Of a stretch of DNA of 64,000 bases, positions 49,262-57,680 are shown one piece after another; position 1 is the stretch's first letter; each line of letters starts with the position of its first letter. The notes under the pieces are model-generated. The model searched no databases, was not told the DNA's origin, and saw only the letters and a list, made by a program, of their open reading frames with translations. Origin of the DNA: an uncultured Actinomycetes bacterium (GTDB taxonomy: Bacteria > Actinomycetota > Thermoleophilia > RBG-16-64-13); contig CAWFCL010000010.1 in assembly GCA_963814365.1 (NCBI GenBank), forward strand, positions 7,342-71,341. The letters are read 5' to 3'. The translations under genes and the position numbers were made by a program.

Positions 49262-49375
49262 TTCCCTCTCCGTATCGTGTCAGGAATAGAGTCTGCTCCC
49301 GGTCACCTGCGCCGCGCGCCTACTTGTATAGTCTAGCGCACGGTTCCAGGCGGGCGCCATATCTATATAGGCTCG
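49262..49375 (-). promoter_or_regulatory. candidate structured 5' leader of mop (possible Moco-riboswitch-like element)
   Basis: The 103-nt intergenic region reads on the minus strand ...ACCCGAGAGGCGAGCC-UAUAUAGAUAU-GGCGCCCGCCUGG-AACCGUGCGC-UAGACUAUACAAGUAG-GCGCGCGG-CGCAGGUGACCGGGAGC.... It has GC stems with AT-rich loops, and the CGAGCC and GCCUGG elements are reminiscent of the Moco motif. This rests on memory only; no covariance model was run. Confidence 0.25.
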
Positions 49376-50733
49376 CCTCTCGGGTACAGACGCGCACCCG
49401 TCGAACTGGTGAGATTCCACAGGCAAAATGGTACGAGTCCTCGCTCCGGTACCAGCACGTGGATGCAGCAACGTCGAACTCGCTCCAGGTCGACAGTCCA
49501 TGCATCCTGGAACACCATGCCCGAGATGCAAAGGATCCTGTCCCCCTGCTCCAGCAGACGGTCGAACCCGTCACTCTCTCCCGTTCCTTTGCCCATCGCC
49601 TTGCCTGGCGCGCCCGTCGTCGGGCGCCTACCCCACTGTCGCGAAGTGGCCTTGATGGCCCGACGCGCAGCCCCCTCTGTCTCCGGCTGACAACACGAAC
49701 GGGTCGAGCTCAGCAGTTCCAACCCGCCGTCTTCGCGCAGCCAGTAACGCGCCCGGAACGAGCAGCGCACATGCTCGCAACAACTGGGAGAGAAGTCGCC
49801 CACCCGCACGCTGCCGGATGTCTGCTCCTCTAGGAGCCGCAGAGCCTCGGGCAACGTGAGTCGAGGACGGTCGCCTTGCGCGAACCTGCCGAAGTAGCTC
49901 ACCGGTTGCAGATGAACGCCACGCACCACACCCGGCCACTGGGTGGCCAGGCGGACAAGTGCACCCACCTCATGGTCGTTGACTCCCGGGACCACCGTGG
50001 GCACCAACACCACCGCAAGACCGGCTTCAGCGCAGCGCCGCAAAGCTGACATCTTCTGGGCGGCCAGAGGCCGCCCCCTGAGCGTGCGATACACCGCGTC
50101 GCTGACACCGTCGAACTGCAAGAACACAGACACCAAGCCGGCGTCACGCAGTCTCTCCGCGTACCCGGCTTCCGCCGCCAGCCGCAGGCCGTTGGTGTTC
50201 AGCTGCACGAAAGTGAAACCGACCTCTCTGACAGTACGGATGATGTCCGGCAGGTCGTCCCGCACCGTAGGTTCTCCACCGGACAACTGGATGTTCACCG
50301 CACCTTGGGAGGCAAACAGCTCCCGCAACATCCCCTCCATCTGCGGGAGCGAAGGGTCAGGCTCCACTGCGTCCGACGCAGATTCGGCGAAACATATGGG
50401 GCAACCCAGGTCACACCGGCGCGTCACCTCTAAGAGCGCAGTGCAGGTGTGCTGCTCGTGTCGCTCGCAGAGCCCGCACTCCCCGGGACAACTGTGCGAG
50501 ACAAGGCCATCGGCGTCGGTAGCGGCCCGGGCGGCGTCGCGCCTGTCGCCCCGGGCGGCGCCCGGAGCGGCGCTCGGGCCGCACCAGGACTCCATCGAGG
50601 GCGGGCCTATCCAGACAGGGGTGCTCCACTCCCCGTGATCGGGGCATCGCCCGCGCAGAGTCACCGTCTCCCCATGCGTCTGCAGCTCAGCCGGTACCGC
50701 GCTGAGACAGACCGGGCATAGGCTCTCCGTCAA
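49363..50733 (-). CDS. radical SAM protein with N-terminal zinc-ribbon and C-terminal Cys-rich domain
   Basis: CDLGCPIC (CX3CX2C) followed by the GGEPT motif (LSGGEPTV). The N-terminus has CPVCL...CPDHG and the C-terminus has CCIHVLVPERGLVPFCLWN. 456 aa, intact. Confidence 0.85.
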   Translation of the reverse strand: MTESLCPVCLSAVPAELQTHGETVTLRGRCPDHGEWSTPVWIGPPSMESWCGPSAAPGAARGDRRDAARAATDADGLVSHSCPGECGLCERHEQHTCTALLEVTRRCDLGCPICFAESASDAVEPDPSLPQMEGMLRELFASQGAVNIQLSGGEPTVRDDLPDIIRTVREVGFTFVQLNTNGLRLAAEAGYAERLRDAGLVSVFLQFDGVSDAVYRTLRGRPLAAQKMSALRRCAEAGLAVVLVPTVVPGVNDHEVGALVRLATQWPGVVRGVHLQPVSYFGRFAQGDRPRLTLPEALRLLEEQTSGSVRVGDFSPSCCEHVRCSFRARYWLREDGGLELLSSTRSCCQPETEGAARRAIKATSRQWGRRPTTGAPGKAMGKGTGESDGFDRLLEQGDRILCISGMVFQDAWTVDLERVRRCCIHVLVPERGLVPFCLWNLTSSTGARLYPRGEPI

Positions 50734-50750
50734 GCGGACACCGGCGGCCG

Positions 50751-51478
50751 TCAGACGCCTGCCCGCGGTCGTGCCACCATCAGGTAGTATCCCGGCCGAG
50801 AGGCCTCGACGGCCGCTGCGGAGCTCGGCGTCGTCGCCCAGCGCAGCCTCCCAGAAGTCGCGCTGCCGACCCGTACGCGAAGATCAACGAGGCCATGAGT
50901 CTCTTGAGCGTCTCCGATCTGTCTTGCCAGACGCATATCTCAAAACCGGCGCTCTCGAAGAGCGCGATGGTCACCTCCTGCCCGGATGCTCCTCGCAGAC
51001 AATTTGCCGTAGCGATCGCTCCGAGCGGTGCACCTTCTTCCGGTGCCCTTAGATACAGGTCGGTCACACCCAGCACCCCGTTGGGCCGTAGGATGCGCCG
51101 CACCTCGCGCAGCACAAGCGCCGGATCATCCAACGCAGACAAGAGACACTCACAGAAGCAGGCGTCGAAGTAGCCGTCGGGATAGCCGATATCCTCGGCC
51201 CGGCCCAGCACCCAAGTGACTTGCTGGTCACGCGCCCCGGCTTCCGCGATGGATGCAGCAGAGCCGTCCAGGCCTACGGCGGTCACACCGCATGTACGAG
51301 TCAAGAAGGACGCGGTCGCTCCCACCCCACAACCTACGTCTAGGACCCGCTGACCCGCCTCAAGAGCACATGCGAAGGCAAGTTCTGCGGTCAGGTCCAA
51401 ACCGCCGGGGCGGAGCTCCGCACCTGAGGCGATTCGGAAGCGGGGCTGTTCGTATAGGCTACGGGTAATCTGTGGCAC
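50751..51478 (-). pseudogene. class I SAM-dependent methyltransferase, two frame changes in the last ~40 codons
   Basis: VLDVGCGVGATASFL motif I; LRPNGVLGVTD. The corrected tail is ...LIFAYGSAA/DFWEAALGDDAELRS/AVEASRPGYYLMVARPRAGV* (stop 50751-50753). Confidence 0.8.
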
Positions 51479-51570
51479 GCATCACTCCCACACCGCCGCT
51501 TGGTCGCTTTCCGACCTATCCAGAGTTACCATTCTGCCACAGTCTCGTGTCCTAACCGGAGGAGAGGGCC

Positions 51571-52020
51571 ATGAACAGGAGTGAGCATGCAGCGGAGCGG
51601 CTGCGTTCGGGACTCAACTGCGCGCAATCCGTCCTGGGAGAATTCGCCGAGGGGTTGGGACTCGATCTGGACCTAGCCGACCAGGTGGCCTGCGGTTTCG
51701 GAGGTGGCATGGGGGGCCTGGGGGGAGCGTGCGGAGCCTTAACCGGCGGCATCATGACGATAGGCCTGACTGTGTGCGGCTCCGGCGCCGGTGACCAATC
51801 TCCTAACGAGCGCATAGACGGCCTTGTCCAAGAGTTCGTCGGCCGGTTTGAGAAAGAGCACGGCTCCACCCTATGCCGTGAGCTCATAGGTTGCGATGTG
51901 AGCACCCCGGAGGGCCTCGCACAGGCTCAGAGCCAGGGACTTTTCGCCACGCTCTGCCCCCGGTTCGTGGGATATGCGGCCGGCATCCTGCAAGAGATGT
52001 TCCCAGAAGAGCTATCGTAG
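51571..52020 (+). CDS. C_GCAxxG_C_C family protein
   Basis: LNCAQSVL ... GGACGALTGG ... TLCREL ... ATLCPRFV gives the C / GCAxxG / C / C pattern. RBS GGAGGAGAGG. Confidence 0.85.
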   Translation: MNRSEHAAERLRSGLNCAQSVLGEFAEGLGLDLDLADQVACGFGGGMGGLGGACGALTGGIMTIGLTVCGSGAGDQSPNERIDGLVQEFVGRFEKEHGSTLCRELIGCDVSTPEGLAQAQSQGLFATLCPRFVGYAAGILQEMFPEELS

Positions 52021-52043
52021 AGCAGACGGGGCACTGCCAGCGA

Positions 52044-53384
52044 ATGCCCGTCTCCTTGACACCTCTCGAGCCTTGGATCGCCCACAAGATCGGACAGTCG
52101 GGCGGACCGCTGCATCGAGAGACGCTTGCCGCCTACCAACTGACGAATCTCAACCGGACGCTGGCCTTGGCCCAGACGCGAAGCCGGTTCTACGGTCGCC
52201 TCCTGGGCGCCGACGATATTCGACTGGCGCGGTTGGACGGACTGGCGGACCTGCCCTTCACCACCGCCGACGAGCTCCGAGCCGCACCACTCGACTTCCT
52301 GTGTGTACCTCAACAAGAAGTCGAGAGGATCGTCACCCTACCTACCTCTGGCACCACCGGAACGCCAAAGCGGATCTTCTTCAACGCCCGCGACCAAGAG
52401 CTGACCATAGACTTCTTCCATCGGGGCATGTCGACCATGGTCGTCCCCGGAGACAGAGTCCTGATACTCCTTCCGGGCAGCCTCCCTGGGAGCGTCGGGG
52501 CGCTTCTGCAAGAAGGCCTATCGCGTATGCAGGTGGAAGGCATCCCCCACGGTCCCGTGCGCGACCTCCGCCACACCCTGGAAGTCATAGAACAACAGCG
52601 GGTGACGGCGCTGGTGGGAATACCCATCCAGGTCCTGAACCTCGTCAAGCAGGCCCAAGCCGACCGTCGGCCTACGCCCTCGACGCTCAAGACTGTGCTC
52701 CTTACCACCGACAGAATGCCCCGCTCCGCGGTCCAGAAGATCGAACGGACCTGGGGCTGCGACGTCTACGATCACTACGGCACTACAGAGATGGGATTGG
52801 GCGGAGGCGTCGACTGCAGAGAGCGCGCCGGCTACCATCTGCGAGAGGCCGACCTTCTGTTCGAGATCGTCGACCCGGCCACAGGTCGCCTGATGCCCGA
52901 CGGAGAAGTCGGCGAGGTGGTCTTCAGCACTCTCACCCGCGAGGCCATGCCGCTGCTCCGCTACCGGACCGGCGACATGGGACGCTTCCTACCCGAGCCC
53001 TGCCCCTGCGGGACCACACTCAAACGGATGGCACACATCGACCGGCGAGTCTCGGGCGTCATCACCCTACCCGGCGGCCGCACGCTCAGCCAGGGCGACT
53101 TCGATGAGTCACTCCTTCCCGTAGACGGACTGGCTGATTTCAAGGTACTGTTCGACCACGGTCCCAGCGGGGCGAACATCGTCATCCGCGTCCGCGCGCT
53201 AGAGGGTACTGCCGGGCCAGACAGGGACGAGATTAGGCGGGGGCTCGACGGCATCCCGGCACTGGCCGCCGAGATGGACGAGGGGCGAGTGTCCGTCACT
53301 GTGTCGGACTGGGAGAAAAGTGGCGTGGTCAACTCCGGTACAGCGAAACGGACGATCGAGCACCTGCGGGAGACCGCCGTATGA
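52044..53384 (+). CDS. AMP-dependent CoA ligase, phenylacetate-CoA ligase (PaaK)-like
   Basis: ATG at 52044. TSGTTGTPK P-loop-like AMP motif, YGTTEMG, RYRTGDMGR. The tracked ORF start at 51891 overlaps the previous gene and is rejected. Confidence 0.85.
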   Translation: MPVSLTPLEPWIAHKIGQSGGPLHRETLAAYQLTNLNRTLALAQTRSRFYGRLLGADDIRLARLDGLADLPFTTADELRAAPLDFLCVPQQEVERIVTLPTSGTTGTPKRIFFNARDQELTIDFFHRGMSTMVVPGDRVLILLPGSLPGSVGALLQEGLSRMQVEGIPHGPVRDLRHTLEVIEQQRVTALVGIPIQVLNLVKQAQADRRPTPSTLKTVLLTTDRMPRSAVQKIERTWGCDVYDHYGTTEMGLGGGVDCRERAGYHLREADLLFEIVDPATGRLMPDGEVGEVVFSTLTREAMPLLRYRTGDMGRFLPEPCPCGTTLKRMAHIDRRVSGVITLPGGRTLSQGDFDESLLPVDGLADFKVLFDHGPSGANIVIRVRALEGTAGPDRDEIRRGLDGIPALAAEMDEGRVSVTVSDWEKSGVVNSGTAKRTIEHLRETAV

Positions 53385-54415
53385 ACCTGGACACCGCTCG
53401 TATGGGCCTCTCTCTCCTTGAGCAGGGAGAAGACTTCGCCTGGACGGCCATCCTTGTCACCCATGGATCTTCCCCCCGGCACACCGGAGCCTCCATGTTG
53501 GTGAGGGTCGACGGCTCGATTTCGGGCACCATAGGCGGTGGCCCCCTAGAGGCTACCTGCATCGCGCAGGCCGTGGACGCGATCAGGACCCACAGCAACC
53601 GGTTGGTGCAGTTCGATTCCGCCGAACTCGGGATGGCCTGCGGCGGTGGAGGCCGAGTGCTCATCGAATCCGTCCAGGCCGGCCGACCCGGCACGGCCGA
53701 CCTCTTGCGGGCCATAGTCCGGCTCTGGGAGCTGGGGACCAGAGGGTGGCTGGTCACGTCGGTGCCACAAGAGCAAGGCCTGGATGCCCCGATACGCCGA
53801 TGCCTTGTCCACTCAGATGGCTCAGTCACAGGCGAACCGGTCTGCGAGCCAGAGGATCTGCAGGTGTTGGCTGAGCGGGGTGGGACATATGACCGCCTGT
53901 TGGCGGATGACCCGGCCCGCATCCACATCCAGTCGATAGGCGCCAACGGGAAAGCGTATGTGTTCGGGGCCGGGCATTGCAGCCACAGCTTGGTGCCCGT
54001 GCTCTCGGCATTGGCCTTCTTCACCGTCGTCGTCGACGATCGCTCGGACTTCGCAAGCAGGGAGCGTTTCCCGACCGCGGATCAGATCCATATCCCCAGG
54101 TCGTTCGACAACGCCGTGGCACCGCTGTCCGTGGACGAAGACAGCTATCTGGTGATCGTCACCCGAGGTCACAATCACGATAGGAGCGTTCTCGCCCAAG
54201 CGCTTAGGACGCCGGCGGCCTACATCGGCATGATAGGCAGCAAGAAGAAGGTCGCGGCAACGTTCGCGGCCCTCAGCGAAGAAGGCTTCTCCAAGGACGA
54301 ACTGGCGCGCGTGCATGCGCCCATCGGGCTCCCCATAGGCGCGGAGACTCCCGAAGAGATCGCCATCAGCATCGCCGCCGAACTCATCCAGGTAAGAGCC
54401 GCCAAGAACCGGTGA
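53381..54415 (+). CDS. xdhC: XdhC/CoxI family molybdenum cofactor insertion chaperone
   Basis: GSSPRHTGASMLV...GTIGGG N-domain and a Rossmann-like C-domain (YVFGAGHCSHSLVP...IVTRGHNHD...YIGMIGSKKK...APIGL.IGAETPEEIAISIAAELI). The start overlaps the ligase stop. Confidence 0.9.
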   Translation: MNLDTARMGLSLLEQGEDFAWTAILVTHGSSPRHTGASMLVRVDGSISGTIGGGPLEATCIAQAVDAIRTHSNRLVQFDSAELGMACGGGGRVLIESVQAGRPGTADLLRAIVRLWELGTRGWLVTSVPQEQGLDAPIRRCLVHSDGSVTGEPVCEPEDLQVLAERGGTYDRLLADDPARIHIQSIGANGKAYVFGAGHCSHSLVPVLSALAFFTVVVDDRSDFASRERFPTADQIHIPRSFDNAVAPLSVDEDSYLVIVTRGHNHDRSVLAQALRTPAAYIGMIGSKKKVAATFAALSEEGFSKDELARVHAPIGLPIGAETPEEIAISIAAELIQVRAAKNR

Positions 54416-54443
54416 GGCTGATGTCATCGACCCGCGATTCCGG

Positions 54444-55595
54444 ATGATCCGCGGCGCGAAGACAGCGGCCATCGTCTTAGCGGCCGGTAGGTCGTCGCGC
54501 ATGGGGAGCTTCAAGCCCCTCCTGCCGCTTGGATCCTGCACAGTGCTGGAGCGAGTTGTCGGGGCCGTTACCGAGGCTGGTGTACAGGACATCGTAGTGG
54601 TCACCGGACACGAGTCCGCAAGACTCACGCCCGTGCTCGACAGGCTGCCGGTCCGATCCGCCCACAACGCCGACTACGACAGCGGGATGTTCTCCTCCGT
54701 GCTCGCGGGCGTAGCTGCCCTGCCGGCCGATGTAGAGGCATTCTTCGTACTACCGGCCGACTACCCTCTGGTGAGAAGCCAGGTCTGTAGCCGCCTGCTC
54801 GCCGCCTTTACTGATGGCGACTACGGGATCGTTCACCCCACCACTTGTGGGCGGCGCGGCCACCCTCCCCTGCTCGCCGGACGATACGCGAAGTCCCTGC
54901 TGCAAGACCCCGATGCACGCGACCTGGGCAGCTTCTTGCAGAGACACACCACGGACACAGGGCACGTGGAAGTCCAAGACCTCTCCATCCTGATCGATAT
55001 CGACACCGAAGACGACTACCGTAGGACGTGCCGATTGGCGGACCCCGATCCACAGAGGTGCTTGTCTCGCCAGGACGCCCTGTACCTTCTCGCGTTGCTC
55101 GGCACGCCAGAGCGCGTGCTCGAGCACTGCCAGGCCGTCTCTGCCGTCGGCGAGGCCCTGGCCCGCGCACTGCAGCCTCATGTGCCCACTCTGGACGTCG
55201 AACTCGTGAGCACGGCCGGCCTGCTGCACGACATGGCACACGCTTGCGAGAGACATGCCGAAGTAGGAGCGGCGCTGCTGTACAACCTCGGTCTGGACCA
55301 CCTGGCGTCAGTGGTGGAGTGCCACATGGTGCTGCCCGAGAGCCTTCAGCAGACTCGGGAACTCACGGAGGAGCATCTGGTCTATCTGGCCGACAAGTTG
55401 GTGGCCGGCAGCGAGTTGGTCGGTCTGGAAGAGAGGGCCGCCCGCAAGACCCGCGAACTGGGCGGCAGCGAAGCCAGCCCCGAAGCGCTCCAGGGTATGG
55501 GGGACAGGATGGCGGTAGCCCGCGCCATCCGCGACAAGGTGGAGGCGGCGCTGGGCGCCCCGATCCAAGAGGTGCTCACACGAGCGGTACAGTAG
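54444..55595 (+). CDS. MobA/MocA-like NTP transferase fused to an HD domain
   Basis: AAIVLAAGRSSRMGSFKPLLPL...VVTGH...LPADYPLV (nucleotidyltransferase), then GLLHDMAH...VVECHM (HD). Confidence 0.85.
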   Translation: MIRGAKTAAIVLAAGRSSRMGSFKPLLPLGSCTVLERVVGAVTEAGVQDIVVVTGHESARLTPVLDRLPVRSAHNADYDSGMFSSVLAGVAALPADVEAFFVLPADYPLVRSQVCSRLLAAFTDGDYGIVHPTTCGRRGHPPLLAGRYAKSLLQDPDARDLGSFLQRHTTDTGHVEVQDLSILIDIDTEDDYRRTCRLADPDPQRCLSRQDALYLLALLGTPERVLEHCQAVSAVGEALARALQPHVPTLDVELVSTAGLLHDMAHACERHAEVGAALLYNLGLDHLASVVECHMVLPESLQQTRELTEEHLVYLADKLVAGSELVGLEERAARKTRELGGSEASPEALQGMGDRMAVARAIRDKVEAALGAPIQEVLTRAVQ

Positions 55596-55597
55596 AC

Positions 55598-56242
55598 ATC
55601 GTCGTTTACCTGGTGCGGCACACCGAGCCGGCCTCGGCGGAAGGTCAGTGGCGCTTCCTGGGACGCGCGGACCCGCAGCTAAGCCCCGCCGGAGTCGAGC
55701 ACGCGCACAGACTGGCTCGGGCGCTCGGCCCAGTCCACTTCGACTCCATCTACAGCAGCGACCTGACCAGATGCCTGCAGACCGCGCAGATCATCGCGGG
55801 CTCGGGCGGCCCGCCGCACGCAGAGCGTGATGTCCCGGTGCAGCCGGACGCCCGGTTCAGAGAGATCGATGTCGGGCTGTGGGAAGGCCTCACGCGCGCA
55901 GAAGCGGCGGAACGCTACCCCAAGGAGTACGAGCGGCGAGAGCGCGACGTGGTCGCAAGTCCCTTCCCGGGCGGGGAGAGCTTCGCGGACGTCCGCGAAC
56001 GAGCACTGCCGGCTTTCTACGACATGGTCGCCCACAGCGGCGACAGCGTCCTTATCGTCGCCCACAAGGGAGTCAACCGAGTGCTCCTCTGTGAGTTCCT
56101 GGGCCTGCCCCTGGACCAGCTCTTCTCACTCCGCCAAGACTACGGCTGTGTGAATATCGTCAGGGCTTCTCGCCACGCCGACGGCCCCCTGAGCATAGAG
56201 GCCGTCGAACCCGACGTCCGTCTCGGCGGAGACTACTTGTAG
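55598..56242 (+). CDS. histidine phosphatase family protein (CobC/phosphoglycerate-mutase-like); start codon unresolved
   Basis: VYLVRHTEP (RH catalytic motif), REIDVGLWEG, IVAHKGVNR. There is no canonical in-frame start between the upstream stop (55593-55595) and the RH motif except GTG 55613, which would delete strand beta1. Confidence 0.75.
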   Translation: MVVYLVRHTEPASAEGQWRFLGRADPQLSPAGVEHAHRLARALGPVHFDSIYSSDLTRCLQTAQIIAGSGGPPHAERDVPVQPDARFREIDVGLWEGLTRAEAAERYPKEYERRERDVVASPFPGGESFADVRERALPAFYDMVAHSGDSVLIVAHKGVNRVLLCEFLGLPLDQLFSLRQDYGCVNIVRASRHADGPLSIEAVEPDVRLGGDYL

Positions 56243-56694
56243 GTAGTCTTCCCTTCATAGAGCGGATTCATCACGATCGAGAAGTGAAATATCGGCTTGC
56301 GGACTTCGAGGATCCGCATGGGGTTGTGAGTAGCATCGGACGGTATCCATATCATGGTGGAACGTGTGAGCCGGTGCGCCTCGCCGTTGATGGAGAACTC
56401 GATGACTCCGCCCAGCTCATAGGGATCGTCCGGGTCGCTGCCGTAGAATCCGATCAGCTCATCGTGACCGTGGGCGTGCTCCGTGAAGATAGGGTCTCTC
56501 GGGGGGACCGCGAAGTACCAAGCCGTGTTCATCTGAAAGGCACCCTCGCACACATTGCTGTCCATCCAGAGTATGCGTTTGGCGAACTTCTGGTACATCT
56601 CGCGGAACTCTGGCGTCCCCATGTTCGGGGGCTCCTTCAGTTCCTGCACAAAGCAGTGTGCGTATTCTCCGCCCGAATTATTCTCGTACACCAT
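56233..56694 (-). CDS. cupin-like small protein, unknown function
   Basis: 153 aa with the His-rich stretch EHAHGHDELIGFYG...GEAHRL, suggestive of a cupin metal site. The family was not recognised. Confidence 0.45.
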   Translation of the reverse strand: MVYENNSGGEYAHCFVQELKEPPNMGTPEFREMYQKFAKRILWMDSNVCEGAFQMNTAWYFAVPPRDPIFTEHAHGHDELIGFYGSDPDDPYELGGVIEFSINGEAHRLTRSTMIWIPSDATHNPMRILEVRKPIFHFSIVMNPLYEGKTTYK

Positions 56695-56707
56695 GGTCAG
56701 ACCTCTC

Positions 56708-57658
56708 TCACTCCTTGGGCATGTCCCAGTCGATGAAGCGCCAGTAGGGGGCGTTCACCCTCTTGCGGTACGCATCCATGTCCACATCGCGCCAGTCGTA
56801 GAAACCCACTCCGGTCTTGACGCCCAGGTCGCCTCTAGCGACTCTGTCGGCGACGGCCGGGGGGGCCTCCTTGGCGTCACTGAGCGTGGGGAACACGGCG
56901 TTGCAGGTGTGCATGTTCAGAGTCAGATCACCGTTGTCGAAGTGCTCGAACATGCCTATGGAGGTATAGCGCGGACAGAAGCTGTAGTTGAGGCAGGTAT
57001 CGACATCCCTAGGGTCGGCGATGCCGCTCTCCACCAGATTGAGGGCCTCCCTCCAGAGCGCGAACTGCAAACGGTTGCCTATGAACCCAGGCGCGGGCTT
57101 CTTGAGGATCACAGGCTTGCGGTCGAGCGACTCCAGCAGTGCCTTGGCGAACTCCAACACACCCGGGTCGGTGGCACCGCCGCCACACAGCTCAAAGAAG
57201 GGCACCATGTGGGCCGGGTTGAAGGGGTGTGTGACTATGATGCGGTCCTTGTACTTGGTGGCCTTCTCGGCCAGGACATCCGGCACTATGGATGAACTCA
57301 CCGAGCAGATGGCCCTCACCTGGGGACAAGTCTGTTCGATACGAGAGTAGATCTCGTGCTTCAGATCCTTGTTCTCGGTGACGCACTCAAAGATCACGTC
57401 ACAATCGGCCAGATCACCGTAGTCGCTGGAGTACTTCAGGTACCTGGAGCAGACCTCAAGCTGCTTCTCAGGCATCAGCCCCTGGTCGATCATCTGGCGG
57501 AAGTAGCCATCGTAGCCCTGCTTGAACTCGGGGAACATCTCCTCGCGGTTGTCCACGCTTGTGGTCCGGTAGCCGTGACCCGTGGTAAGCACCGCCAGAC
57601 TGTTGCCGATCATCCCCGCGCCGATTATGCCGACGTGTTCTACGCCTTGCAGCTTCAT
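56708..57658 (-). CDS. 3-hydroxyacyl-CoA dehydrogenase family protein (carnitine/3-hydroxybutyryl-CoA dehydrogenase-like)
   Basis: VGIIGAGMIGNS Rossmann motif, ECVTENKDLK, HPFNPAHMVPFFEL, PGFIGNRLQFALWREA. Confidence 0.85.
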   Translation of the reverse strand: MKLQGVEHVGIIGAGMIGNSLAVLTTGHGYRTTSVDNREEMFPEFKQGYDGYFRQMIDQGLMPEKQLEVCSRYLKYSSDYGDLADCDVIFECVTENKDLKHEIYSRIEQTCPQVRAICSVSSSIVPDVLAEKATKYKDRIIVTHPFNPAHMVPFFELCGGGATDPGVLEFAKALLESLDRKPVILKKPAPGFIGNRLQFALWREALNLVESGIADPRDVDTCLNYSFCPRYTSIGMFEHFDNGDLTLNMHTCNAVFPTLSDAKEAPPAVADRVARGDLGVKTGVGFYDWRDVDMDAYRKRVNAPYWRFIDWDMPKE

Positions 57659-57680
57659 CGTGAGCGTCCGTTTCTCCGCG

